Assembly (NCBI RefSeq): GCF_001194135.2
Contig: NC_068998.1
Span: forward strand, 26,601,941-26,665,940
Length of the DNA stretch: 64,000 nucleotides
Direction: 5' to 3'
Source of the DNA: Octopus bimaculoides
Taxonomy: Eukaryota
Within the stretch, counting starts at the first letter, position 1. The number at the start of each line of letters is the position of its first letter. This document shows, in pieces, positions 41,920 to 53,990 of this stretch. Under the pieces are notes generated by a model. It saw nothing but the letters and a program-made list of their open reading frames with translations, had not been told where the DNA came from and searched no databases. The position numbers and the translations under genes are program-made.

Positions 41920-42209
41920 NNNNNNNNNNNNNNNNNNNNNNNNNNNNNNNNNNNNNNNNNNNNNNNNNNNNNNNNNNNNNNNNNNNNNNNNNNNNNNNNN
42001 NNNNNNNNNNNNNNNNNNNNNNNNNNNNNNNNNNNNNNNNNNNNNNNNNNNNNNNNNNNNNNNNNNNNNNNNNNNNNNNNNNNNNNNNNNNNNNNNNNNN
42101 NNNNNNNNNNNNNNNNNNNNNNNNNNNNNNNNNNNNNNNNNNNNNNNNNNNNNNNNNNNNNNNNNNNNNNNNNNNTATATATATATATATATATATATTT
42201 CTGTGTGTG

Positions 42210-42550
42210 TTTGGTAATGTGATTAAGAAGTTTGCTCTACGACCGTGTGGCTTCAGATACCCCAATGTACAGTCTCTCAGGTAAATGCTTTCTACTATAG
42301 CCTTGAGGTCAACCAAAGGATTAGACTGAAATATTGCATTTTACAGGTCCTTTCCGCACTGCTTGACAACTGATGTTGGTTTGTTTATGTCCCTGTAATT
42401 TAGCAGTTCTGAAAAGGAGACCAATTGAATAAGTACCAGACTTTAAAAAATAATTACTGTGACCAATTTATTTGACTAAACTCATGGAAGTGATGCCCTA
42501 GCATGGCCACTGTGCAATGACTGAAGAAAAAGCACGAGAAAAAAAATAAA
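42210..42550 (+). mobile_element. SINE family A, diverged copy
   Basis: ttaagaagtttgct...tttctactatagccttg...cttgacaactgatgttgg...gcatggccactgtgcaatgactgaa. Confidence 0.75.
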
Positions 42551-43084
42551 TGTTACTATCATGTAAGCAGTACCATTTGCTTGCGAGCTCCTGTGAAAAC
42601 ATGCCAAGCCATTCTGTTTTCACAGAAGACTACTATTCATGCTCAAAATATAGGAAATATTACTTTGCATGGAGACAGGTGAAGGTTTGTGACAGGAAGA
42701 GCATCAGGCCACAGGAAATCTATCTCATGCAGACATGGAAAAGTAGACATAAAAACAATGATGATGACATAGAATCAGTGGAATGATGATGGTGGTGATG
42801 ATGATAATGATGATGATGATCATCATCATCATCATCATGGTGATGGTGGTGGTGGTGGTGTGTGTGTGAATGTCACTATATACTTCAAATACTAATAATA
42901 ACTTATATTTCCAAATACACGAATGTCTGTTCCATATTTTAAATAATAGTACAGACAATAAATCAACTCACTGGAATGTTGTCAAATTCTTTATTCATAG
43001 CATTTTTCTACCATTCATTTTGATTAGAATCATATATTAATAACATATACACACAATATAGAAAAGCACATACAGTGCATATAT

Positions 43085-43163
43085 GCATCTATGTATGAAC
43101 ATGTATACACACACACATATATATATATAAACATAGATACACACACACACATATATATGAGAG

Positions 43164-43248
<85 letters not shown>

Positions 43249-43320
43249 TTCATACATGCATATATATACACACATATAAATATATAGACAGACAGAAAGG
43301 TGGGAATATATATGTATGTA
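43085..43320. repeat. (TA)n/(CA)n microsatellite complex, one of dozens (e.g. 1-75, 1400-1535, 2700-3082, 3800-3976, 13780-13860, 16720-16910, 34745-34885, 45708-45820, 52060-52190, 57300-57485, 58955-59105)
   Basis: Direct inspection. Confidence 0.95.
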
Positions 43321-44550
43321 TATAACTTTAAAGTAATGTAACAAATATATTTCAAAGATTATAAAATAATTAATTGATAAATATGTTGTACCTGTCAACT
43401 TGAGCTGGTAAGTTCATCAATCATTTTCTAAACATCAGCAATATGAAAAAGTTGAATCACAATTACCACATATGACAGGCAGTCACATGTGCAGTCACAT
43501 GTGCATGCACACACACATACACACACACATACACACAACTATGGAGTAAAATATCTTGAAAAAGGAATTGCTATGGTCCAGAAAAAAACTTATAATACAT
43601 TAAAATCAAATTAATAAATATATCATCTTAATGATAAACTTCTATTTGTTTGAAGTGAAAGTGAGGTATTCTTTAAGAAAGAAGTTATTTTTTAATTCTA
43701 CAGAATTAATACCTTGATATTGTGACATTGTTAATGTTCTTGGAACTTGCTTTGTAATGAAATATTTAAATCCTTCAGCCTTTTCTTGTTCTAGTTAGAT
43801 ATTTTGGCGTAACCATCCTTCCCCCAATAAATTTGATGTTTTAGGAAATTTAGAGTATGGGTTAAATCATTTTAGCAAACGTTCTAAGTTAGTGCTTAGA
43901 TCATTGGTTTTTCTGTATTATTTTTTTTATCATCTCATACTTCTCCACAGGTTAGTTGTGGCTTGAGTTATTTTGTGATTTTATAAGTATATTTCTAATC
44001 ATAAGGGAAACTGGTAGACAATTGATTATAGACTCCATCATACAACAGTTAAAAGTATAGCAATTTTATCTTGTTCATCATCATTAACATCGTCTTTTGT
44101 GAGTACTTTTCAACTCACCTGTGCTTAACCTTTCTCTCAATCCTTTGACTTTAGGATGTTTAGCTAAAGAACTACAATAACATGCTACCAAGTCCAAAGT
44201 TAGAGCTAGTCAGGCTATAGTTTACATGCTTCACTTTAATTCATACAAAGATCAGTTGTGTCCAAATGAGCTAAACAATGTTGTTATTGATTAAATAGAA
44301 AGAGAAATGACTGCTGTATAACATATTCTTTTGCTTTCACTTCCTGAAATTAGCTCATGTATAATGCATGTGATCCATTTTCAGCAAACCCTTAGAATTT
44401 AATGGAATTTTAAAAATTTGATCACTGCTATTTATCCCTACCTTTATATTTTTCCTCTGCACTCAGAGCCATCTACAAGTCTCAAGCTTGCTTCATTATT
44501 GTTATATAATAAATCCTATTTTCCTAACTCTGGTGCTGCTCTGCTTTCAG

Positions 44551-44604
44551 TGGATGATTCAACAAAGCATTCAGATACTGAATGTATTGAACTTGTTTTA
44601 AAAG
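44551..44604 (+). CDS. Candidate 54-nt coding exon upstream of the Ig exon
   Basis: Branch-like ctaac, then ctctgctttcAG acceptor (44549-50); consensus donor AAAG|GTAAGT (44605). Phase 1/1 and open: (x)DDSTKHSDTECIELVLK(x). It splices in frame to 48909 (G|CA = Ala). Confidence 0.55.
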
Positions 44605-44759
44605 GTAAGTTTACTGAAGCACACCAAACATCATGATTAGGAGACAGTAACTGCACATTTCTTTTCAATGGTTTGGTCTGAAGGAAGGAGCTGTAACTAT
44701 GACCTTTATAAGCCCCCCAAGGATACTGAGATCAATATGTTAAATGTTCCTTTCAAGCA

Positions 44760-45100
44760 GTTGTGAATTAATTGTTACAAGCAAAACATGAGCTGAGAAG
44801 GAATTCCAGAGGGATTACATTCTCAGAAGGAAGGACGTGCAAATTTGTTAATTCAGAGTTTAGGATAGGATATGACATAGATAACAAGAGAAAGAGACCC
44901 AAGAGAGTTGAGTGTACCTGTGTGGAGGTGGTACAAGATCAGCTATTTTTGAAGAGCAGAGGATGCTATAGTAAGGGTAATGGAAAAGGCAGAGAGAGGA
45001 GATAATACAACCATGGACTAGAGATCAAAAGAAATTGATGGAGGATTCCATAATAATCAGCAAGTGTATTTTCTTCAAATGCAGTCTATGATGTATATGT
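44760..45100 (-). mobile_element. CR1/L2-type LINE 3' remnant
   Basis: Minus strand reads YYSILCSSKIADLVPPPHRYTQL followed by remnants of SF..R...LWNSL.AHVF, the typical CR1-like ORF2 C-terminus. Confidence 0.7.
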
Positions 45101-45706
45101 GTGTGTAGCAACAGCACCAGACCATATTAAGGAGTAGTACTCCATGGTGAATCACACTTGAGATTCATAAAGTAAAGCTAATAATTCATGGATGAAGATG
45201 GATATATTTTCTGGGTAGTCTTTGAGATGCAGCTCTTGCATTGTTGATGATGTGCATTCTCATCATCACTGAGAAAAAGTCTTCAGCGATGATGAGGAAA
45301 CTTTGACTGTTTTATTTGCATGTAATTCGTGTTGAAGGTGAGTGGGACATCGACTGGATGATGTAGGAAAAAAATGTTATTGTACTTTTGAAATGTTCTA
45401 AATATTTTTGTAGCATTTACATGTAGCATTCTCTTTTATAAATATAACAAGCTATAGCTCTATGTTATATGAGTTTATGCATGTTATTCAGAATTTCCAA
45501 TCTGATATCAGGAATTTATCTAGTTGTGGTTTTTTGCTTTATTTTGATTACTAGAAAAGATTTCCATATCCTCTAAATGAACTTCATCTTTTCATTTGAC
45601 AGGACAAATTAATTTCAGCCTTCCCAAATGCAAAACATTGTATATTCATCAGATTTGCTCTGAAATATGCTTAAAACTCTTGTTCATAGACTAGGACTAT
45701 TGATGA

Positions 45707-45786
<80 letters not shown>

Positions 45787-46454
45787 TCTCCCCCACCCCT
45801 CTCTCTCTCTCTCTCTCTCTTATATAGAAATAACTAATTACAAATTTTAAAAAATCATGATGATAGTTATGATTCTGTTTTGAAACAAGACCCACAAGAT
45901 AAATTAAATTTCTAGGCTTTTTTGTTGTGTATCTGTGTTCATGTATGCATAATAAATTTTTGGTATGTATAATATAAAATCATTCAATAAGTTTGATAAG
46001 TTGATGTTTGATGACTGACTTTTCAAAATGATTACAAGATTTGGGTAGTAGTAGTATTTGGGTAGTAGTAGTATAGTAGTAGTATAGTTCCAAGAGAGGA
46101 AAATAAATTTCAGACACATCAATATTTAATTTGTCAGTAAAAGTTTTTGTTCAGTTACCATGAAACACTGTTTGTTTTTCATCTCATAACTTGCAGTTAC
46201 CATTATTTTTTTAACTAACATTTGAGAATATAAATTAATATAACTCACAAGAATCTGATATGCTTCTAAACTCTTCAAGTTGAGTGTGAGACTACATAGT
46301 CAAAGAAAAAGCTGAGAAAGTGTCAACTGACAATTCTTGAAAATTAATTTTGCTGAGTTTTTACAGGAAAGGAATTGCAACAGGATTTTTAAGAATTTGA
46401 GAAAGCAGATTGCTGCTGTCATTATTAAAAATTTAAAAAAAGCATTGAACTGGC

Positions 46455-46660
46455 AAAATCATTAACTTGCCAGGCAAAATGCTTAGTGGCATTGTATCCG
46501 TCTTTACATTCCGAGTCCAAATTCTGCTGTGGTTGACTTTGCTTTTCATCCTTCCAGGGGAAATAAAATAAATGCCATTTGAACACTAGAGTCGATGTAA
46601 CCAACTTGCCCGCTCCCCCGAAATTGCTGGCTTTGTGCCAGAATTTGAGACCATTATTAA
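46455..46660 (+). mobile_element. SINE family B copy
   Basis: gtctttacattccgagtccaaattctgctgtggttgactttgcttttcatcc...ctttgtgccagaatttgagacc. Confidence 0.85.
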
Positions 46661-47175
46661 ACGTTTCTAAAATCACTGCAAATTGACTGGATGATGATTG
46701 TTGAATAATAACATTTTTGGCAGCCAGCCAAGTCAATAGAATTACCAGAAGACAACTAAAACATTCCAGTAATAGTAAAGACAGGCAGGAAACAGGAAAT
46801 TTATTGTCCTTAGTCGAAACACTTGCAACTCCTTACAGCTAGGAATTCACTGTCATAAGCAACAGCTACAGCAGTGGCTCCAGTGCTCTAGAGCTAACAA
46901 ATATTTCATTGATTTGCAATGCTGTTCGGTTCATTCAGAAGAAAAATCTGCATAGTAAATCTATGAAAATTTCTGTTAAGGCAACAGTGAAACATAAACC
47001 CCCATCTAAATCCTTGAACTAAAAAACAAAGATGATTAATATCTTGCCATACTTAATCAAATAAAAGTCGTTATCATTAATTATTATGATTCCAAAGTCT
47101 CTTCATCTCTCAGGCTAGACCCTTATATATTTCATTTTTCTCAATTTCCTTGACATCCACTATGCTATCATATAG

Positions 47176-47229
<54 letters not shown>

Positions 47230-47385
47230 TACATTCTGAGTTTAAATACTGTCAAGATCAACTTTGCCTTTCATCCTTTCGAGGTTAATAAAACTAGTAC
47301 TAGTTGAGCACTGGGGTTGATATAATTGATTTACCATCCCCTCCTCTGAAATCACTAGCCTTGTGCCAGAGTTTGAAACCAATAT
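47230..47385 (+). mobile_element. SINE family B copy preceded by (ATT)n
   Basis: ttacattctgagtttaaatac...actttgcctttcatcctttcgagg...cttgtgccagagtttgaaacc. Confidence 0.85.
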
Positions 47386-47684
47386 ATGTGCATTGTTTCT
47401 ATTGAAATAAACTATTGAGGTTTACAATCGATGTCAGAAAGACATATTTGGTTCAAGTATCATCCAGCATACTATGTTGGCAGGAAATTCAATGCATAGA
47501 AATGTATCTATTCCTATTGGTTCCTACATTAAAAAAAGTACTGAGCATCAAGTGAGTGGAAATCTGTAAGTTTGGTTACATAAATTAGTTATTATTTCTT
47601 CATGATTGAAATCACTGATAATTGTAATGTACAGAACCACTGAGATACAGCAATAAACTCAGAAACTGATAATTGTATTTCATG

Positions 47685-47850
47685 CTGCTGTTTAGCCCTA
47701 TTTCAGCCCTCACTAAGCAGACCTATCATCAAAAGTGTTTCATCTGGGACCCTCCTGTCTTTTTTTCCATGTGCAAGAAACACAGAACCACATTACTAAT
47801 GTATCATTTTTTTCAAGATTTGAGTGAGATTTAGTTGCTATTTCTAACAG
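47685..47850 (-). repeat. Dispersed repeat family E (probable SINE 3' end)
   Basis: gctgtttagccc...gcagacctatcatcaaaagtgtttcatctg. Related copies at ~20805-20880 (+) and ~59625-59740 (+) share ttgtg.cagctggaat.ctttt.at.at. Confidence 0.55.
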
Positions 47851-48908
47851 TTTGAATGATTGCATAAAGATGCCTTTGTTTGCAATATTTTCTACAAACC
47901 AAAGCTTCTCTATATATCATATATCAATCTTTAGTCTTTTGAGACAGAAAAAGAGAAATGCGAAAAATATTGAAGGAAAATTAATTAATATTTATACTCA
48001 TCACTTTGGTTTGCTTCATATAAGTTATATAATTAATTTATGAAATAGATTTCATAAGATATTGTTTTCACTAGATGCAAGAAGATAATATGTAATGTAA
48101 AGACTTAGATAAATGTTCATATTAAGTTTTTTGTTAATTTATTTAGTCTCATTAATGAATTGGTCACAAGAGTGAACTTACTAAAACAAAATTAAGTTTA
48201 AATTCAGTAGTTATTCTAAATATAAAATGAAGATATTTGAAAATGATTTGAAAAGTAATATAAATCAAAATGATTATATATCTGACTTGTTCATATAAAA
48301 TATGAAACTTATAAATTTCTAAGAGGGTAAAGTTATTCAGCTACTATTCACACAATGAAGCAGATCTTTTTTAGCTCATCAAGACATTCACCTAACAAGA
48401 GAAAGGCAATCAGACTTTTGAGGGGGAAATCTACTGGTGTTAAAACTTGCATTACATCCCCTGAGTTACGGCCTAATTTACTTCATTCTCTGTAACCGAA
48501 AATGAAGGACTTTGAAAAGATCAATCTACACTAATATTCTACCTTCAATATCTATTCTCTTCCTCATTAATCTGTAATCTATTATCTATTATCTCTTCAA
48601 AAGAAAGAACCTTGGGATAATTGTTACAATCTCTTTATATCATTTATCAATTGTAAGTTCATTTGTTTCTATCGGTGCATTCAAAAAGTCATTAAAATCT
48701 ACAGAATCATAAAAAATTTCTTTTTCCCTTAATTCCATATTTAATTTTTTTTTTTTTTTTAATTTTGATGTAATATTTATTTGAATTGTAGAACTTAATT
48801 AGATGAAATGCTTTAAACTTTTTCTGTATAGGTTTTTTTCACAACAAAAACTAAGTTTTTCTTTTTTTAATTAATACTTCTCTTTCTTTTTTTTTTTCTT
48901 CTTTCCAG

Positions 48909-49154
48909 CAGATGATAAACTATTAATAAGGCCTCATCCTATGACAGTGAAAGAAGGACAGTCTTTCAAATTAGTCTGTGAATTACACTTAGAATCCATG
49001 TCAAACCTCCTAAAAAATGCTTTGGTTTGGAAACATAACAATGAAAAGCTGACCTTCAATGAAAGGGTTGAAGGAGAATTCAATGAAACCTACAAAGTGA
49101 ACACCACTGTTGTTATAACGCCTATAGTTTATACTTCAGAACTGGAAATTTTAA
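48909..49154 (+). CDS. Internal coding exon: N-terminal part (about strands A-E) of an extracellular Ig-like (V/I-set) domain of a cell-surface or secreted IgSF protein
   Basis: Long polypyrimidine tract ending ctttccAG (48907-8); donor A|GTAAGT at 49155. The 246-nt phase 1/1 exon is open: (A)DDKLLIRPHPMTVKEGQSFKLVCELHLESMSNLLKNALVWKHNNEKLTFNERVEGEFNETYKVNTTVVITPIVYTSELEIL. It has the Ig hallmarks V.EG.S..L.C (B-strand Cys), the C-strand Trp (LVWKH), an E-strand LEI and two N-x-T sequons (NET, NTT). The F-strand DxGxYxC motif is not in this exon. Confidence 0.88.
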
Positions 49155-49594
49155 GTAAGTACCCTTTTCTTATAATTCTTTCTTAATTGATTTTATTGAT
49201 AACAGTCTGTTTGCATTGCTACCATGTGATTCTGGGTATTTCTCCCACTCATAATGCAGTAATGATCACAAGTGTTTTATATAATATTAAAGAGGGTTGC
49301 TGGATAAGGTTGAAACAATGCAATAAGACATAAAGTAATCTACAAAAAGGAAAGAAAATCTCTTTTGTAGTCTACTTTGTATCTTCTTGCATTCTTGCAT
49401 AGTTCCAGCGCTACCCAACAAGTCTCTTCAATGTAATATCACACAAAGCTTCACCAAAACTACTCCATTCTAAATTAAAGATTTGTGAGTAAAATTTGGT
49501 AGACAGAAAGTGTGCAGAAACCCATCAGAGGTATGTATACATATGTATACAGAGATATGTATACATACATTTATACACATATATAAATGATATA

Positions 49595-50799
49595 TCAGGT
49601 CATCCCATAAGTTCTGTCCGAATTTTGAATAAAGAAAACAAGTGATCAAATGTTATATTTAATTGAAATTTAATCATCAATGTACTTTCCCTGATTATCT
49701 ATGACTTCCTTCCATCTATTACAAGCTTTTTAATCCTATCAATGTAAGACTCTTTTGGTTTCAAAGTGAAGAACTCTAAAATTTCAGTTTCGACTTCCTT
49801 CTGGTTTGCAAAAGTTATGTCCCCCAAATGATTCTGTAAACTACCAAACAAATGGTAGTCGGAAGGAGCAAGGTCAGGAGAATAAGGTGGATGATGAATT
49901 TTTTTCCCAACCAAGCTCTTCGATCTTCTGTGATGTGATCTTTGCAGTGTGGGATCACTCATTGTCCTGATGAAACATCACTCCTTTTCGATTCACTAAA
50001 GCGGGTCTTTTTCCCTTCAAAGCTTGGTTCAAACACTCTAATTGCTGACAGTAGACTTGAGCATTGATTGTGGTTGAGCTTTTTCCCTTTTACCAAGCCA
50101 CTGTTTACAACGTTTAACATTTCGATAGAAGATCCATTTTCCATCACCAGTCACAGGTCTATCCNNNNNNNNNNNNNNNNNNNNNNNNNNNNNNNNNNNN
50201 NNNNNNNNNNNNNNNNNNNNNNNNNNNNNNNNNNNNNNNNNNNNNNNNNNNNNNNNNNNNNNNNNNNNNNNNNNNNNNNNNNNNNNNNNNNNNNNNNNNN
50301 NNNNNNNNNNNNNNNNNNNNNNNNNNNNNNNNNNNNNNNNNNNNNNNNNNNNNNNNNNNNNNNNNNNNNNNNNNNNNNNNNNNNNNNNNNNNNNNNNNNN
50401 NNNNNNNNNNNNNNNNNNNNNNNNNNNNNNNNNNNNNNNNNNNNNNNNNNNNNNNNNNNNNNNNNNNNNNNTGCAAACCATCTTCTGCAAGTTCTTTCAT
50501 TCAAGCATTCTTTCCCATAAACTGAGTGAATATTTCAAGTCGCTTCGGCTGCAGAGTTTCCTTTTTTGTACTCATAAAGCAATATGTGCCTTAAATGCTC
50601 TTTGGATACTTCCATGTTAGAAAGGGTTTTAATCAAAGAAATTTTAATTCTATTATTCTGTAAAACAATATTTAATTAGTTTAAATGTACACAAATGCAT
50701 AAAAATAATTTTTAATTCCATTAGACATTCTAAAATACCATTAGATTTCATTCAATTTTTAAAAAGGTAAAATCGGACAGAACTTATGGGATGACCTGA
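49595..50799 (-). mobile_element. Mariner (Tc1/mariner, DD34D) DNA transposon, TIR-to-TIR, non-autonomous deletion derivative
   Basis: Perfect 27-bp TIRs: tcaggtcatcccataagttctgtccga (49595-49621) and tcggacagaacttatgggatgacctga (50773-50799), each flanked by TA. Interior encodes a broken transposase; assembly gap at 50165-50471. Confidence 0.95.
49670..50615 (-). pseudogene. Mariner transposase pseudogene
   Basis: MEVSKEHLRHILLYEYKKGNSAAEAT*NIHSVYGKECLNERTCRRWFA (stop at codon 27), then gap, then DRPVTGDGKWIFYRNVKRCKQW. An internal deletion with frameshift precedes INAQVYCQQL...FHQDNE*SH...HPPYSPDLAPSDYHLF. I count 34 residues between the 2nd and 3rd Asp. A further frameshift precedes RWKEVIDNQGKYIDD*. 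Confidence 0.93.
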
Positions 50800-50821
50800 T
50801 ACATATGTTTTGCATTAGTGA

Positions 50822-51126
50822 AGAGGTGTGGCTTACCAGTTAAGAGTATTCAGTTCATGTTCATAAGGTCATGTGTTTGATTCCCTGCAACACTTTGTGT
50901 CCTTGAGCAAGACACTTTATTTCACTTTGCTCCAGTCCACACAGCTGGCAAAAATGAGTTGTATTGTATTTCAAAGGGCCAGTTGTGTCAAATTCTGTGT
51001 CACTGAGTCTCCCTGAAAACTATGTTACGGTTATACATGTCTGTGGAGTGCTCAGCCACTTTCACATTAATCTTACAAGCAGGCTATTTCATTGATCAAA
51101 TCAACTGGAACCCAACGGATTGCCAC
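50822..51126 (+). mobile_element. SINE family C-related older copy (similar head, same 3' module, different centre)
   Basis: gaggtgtggctt...tccttgagcaagacactttatttcac...gtctgtggagtgctcagccac...atcaactggaaccc. A 3'-module fragment also lies at ~54080-54190 (-). Confidence 0.85.
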
Positions 51127-51369
51127 TTTTTTTTATACATATATATGTACATGTGTGTGTGTGTGTGTGTGTGTGAGTTTTTATGGTGACTGCAACTTGA
51201 TTTCGAGTAATGGCATCATTTGATTGTTCTCTTCAAACATGAACATCACAGATGTGGCTTTTCAGTCCTGCTAGAGTCTTACAATCTTATACAAACATGA
51301 CAATAATGTACACCTCTTGCAGTAGTTTCTGTAATAGCGTTTTAGCGTATTTTCATATATGTTACATAT

Positions 51370-51925
51370 GTAAGTTTCATATAACATTTCAGTCTACTTT
51401 CTGATGCACATTTTTTCCACACTCCCTGCAAATAGGGGTGCCATATAATGAAGGCATTGTTAATAACAATCTTTGTGTGTGTGTATGTTTGTGACTTTTC
51501 TGATAACTTCTAAAGCCTAACATACTTATACAGGCTTGCCCACACTCATTACATGTTAAATTGGGCTTTATACCAATATGCACAAGCAAATTCACATCAA
51601 AACCCTTACAAATATCTCTCTTGTGCTGTTATTTCTCGATGCTATTGAATTCAAATTCCCTCTTTTCATCATGCAATGCTTTCCTCTCTACTGAGCAATC
51701 TAAAGTGAGATTTGTCCATCCATTTTCTAAGACTTTGACTTTCCTCAGTGTACTGTTGATGGCAATCTTTATACCTCAATTTTGGCTTGTATGCTAGTCT
51801 ATTGCCCTGGGTTAACTCACTATAAAAATTGCTTAATGTACTGATCATTTTCCCCTTGACCACATAATCACTCCTGCATAATGAGCACTGAACTGCCATG
51901 GACTCTATACTGGTAGACTTCATTT
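51370..51925 (-). mobile_element. RTE-clade LINE, degenerate 3' end of the ORF with two C2H2-like zinc fingers
   Basis: YSELTQGNRLAYKPKLRYKDC matches the RTE post-RT motif (yseL..G.R..G.PklRykD). Downstream: CNECGQACISMLGFRSYQKSHK and a frameshifted CRECGK..ASESRLKCYMK. Multiple stops and frameshifts. Confidence 0.8.
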
Positions 51926-52196
51926 GAGGGCTTTCATATGTTTGCCATTGGTTAAGTATGCAGTAGAGACAGTTGGTGAAATTGCTCCAGCTTTACTCTA
52001 TAACTATCGTAAGTAATCCAGGTTTCACACATTTCTAGCAATACAGACAAAATGCAAATATTGTATATATATACACATTGTATATATATACACATTGTAT
52101 ATGTATGTATATATATGTATGTATGTATGCATATACATACATATGTATGTATGTATGTATGTATGTGTGTATGTAGGTAGGTATGCATGTATATAC

Positions 52197-53990
52197 AAGA
52201 ATCACTTGCTTTACAGGAGTAATGCATTCCTGAAAAAGTTTTGTCATAAGGCAAAATTAATTTTCCTATTGATTTTTATGTTACAAAGTGATAATGCATT
52301 TTGATGGATTTTTCGAAAGAAAAACAACAGAAAAAATGCAGGCAACTTGAATAACAAAAATCAAGTAGCTCAACCACTTTTATGCATGAAAATAATTTCG
52401 AAACATAAAATGTACAATATTTATGCATAAAAAGATTTGAAGAGAAATACCTTAGAGAATAAACTAGCAATCATAATATTGTAATAGGGAATGTCCTTAC
52501 CACAAGAGATGTTGACTACCATGTGAAGGATGGTGATGGTGGACTGAGAGTTACTGGGAGGATGAAGGATACTATCTTCTAACTCCTACTTCATCATTAT
52601 CTGCTTCTACTTGAGAGACAAGGAGCTTGTGCAAAATTGTTTGATGTTTATGGCACATCATTTCTGTACATCTCAGTGTAGGAATTAAGCTAATTGTAAA
52701 GCCCTCTTGTAATCATTCATGATTAGGGTTGTTATTAACAAAACGTTGCAAACCTTATTTCACAAGTGTCATACTTTTAGCAATATTCTTTGCAGTCAAA
52801 TTAAGTGAAGTTGAAGGAGTTTCTTTATTCTCATCTCTATTCTCAGCTAGCGTTTGTTCTAACAGCATCGATTCCTTGTTTGATGTACTTTCTGTATGGG
52901 ATGCTTACAACTCAACTACACCATCTTCTATGATTTATTCATATTCTCTATCTTTTACAAATGCCTCAATAACTTTATGAATTTCATTTAGACTTACTAC
53001 TTGTAGAAAACCTGTAAATTCACAAATATAGTTTAGCCATATATTTTTCCAATCTCCATTCAGACTTGAGGATTTCACTTCATTCCCTGAGTCTGCCATA
53101 TTATCCATAGCATCCATTATATTGAACTTCTTCCTGACATCATTTGCTCTGAGTTTATCCTCCTTGTTAATTTCTTTCTTGAGTTATTTAAGTTCTTGTC
53201 AGACAATATATCTTGAAATTAACCATCACATCAGTATCCATTGACTGAAGTAAAGAAGTTGTATTTTTGGGAGTGTATTTCACTCACACTATCAGAAATC
53301 TCATTTAAATCCACTGGGCAGCTTGCTGCATTGTCTAAAAAAAGTAATACTCTGTTGGATATATCATTTGGCCCTATATATTTCTACAGCAGGACACAAA
53401 AATGCTTATAAACCACACTTTGAAAAGTCGCTTAGTTACTTCATGACTTCTTACTTGAATGTCAAATCTGAGATGAATAAGATTTGTTTAACTCTTGGAA
53501 GGACTTTTAGTGATACAGGAATAAGAGCTTCAGTTCCATATTACTAGTGGCATTTCCTTCCAGAAGCATCAGACGATTTTTGGATGCTTTAAATCATAAT
53601 GTTGATTTTTCTTCTCAAGAAATAAAAGTCCTAGCAGACATGAGCCTCCACAAAATTGCAGTTTCATCAACATTGAATACTTGCTCTGCTGTGTAGCTCA
53701 CTTTAGCAATGATTGTTTTTCAGCTGTTCAGGATACTTAGTAGTAGCCTCTGTTTAAGCATTGACAGCTTCACTATTCATTCATTTTTGTTGTGCAAATT
53801 CAAATGCTTCTTAAGCTTTTCAGACTAGCTTTTATTAGTAGGGTGGGTATTTCATTACAAGTTCCAACTTAATTTCCACTGAATTGTCATACAAAATTTG
53901 ACACTTTATAAGTACCACTGTGCTAATTGGCATATTATATCAAAATCTGATCTTCAATCAATACACTCTAGAGCCATGCCATTTTAAATA
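52197..53990 (-). mobile_element. Tigger/pogo-family DNA transposon remnant (degenerate DDE transposase)
   Basis: Minus-strand remnants: SYTAEQVFNVDETA (~53660-53705; pogo YxxeQvFNxDET catalytic motif) and DSGNEVKSSSLNGDWKNIWLNYICEFTGF (~53010-53100; Tigger AW.eV....mn..WkklWp....F.GF). TIR-like ta-caagaatcacttgcttta...cattcctgaaaaa near 52195. 5' end not found. Confidence 0.8.

Noticed and set aside
45259-45296. 14-bp hairpin ctcatcatcactga...tcagcgatgatgag (a similar 11-bp stem at 19554-19584)
   Set aside because: Built from (CAT)n-like motifs that are abundant here; too short for a pre-miRNA.
51669-51923. VQCSLC as a possible zinc finger or host gene
   Set aside because: It lies at the position of the degenerate RTE LRWxGHVxR region, not a finger.
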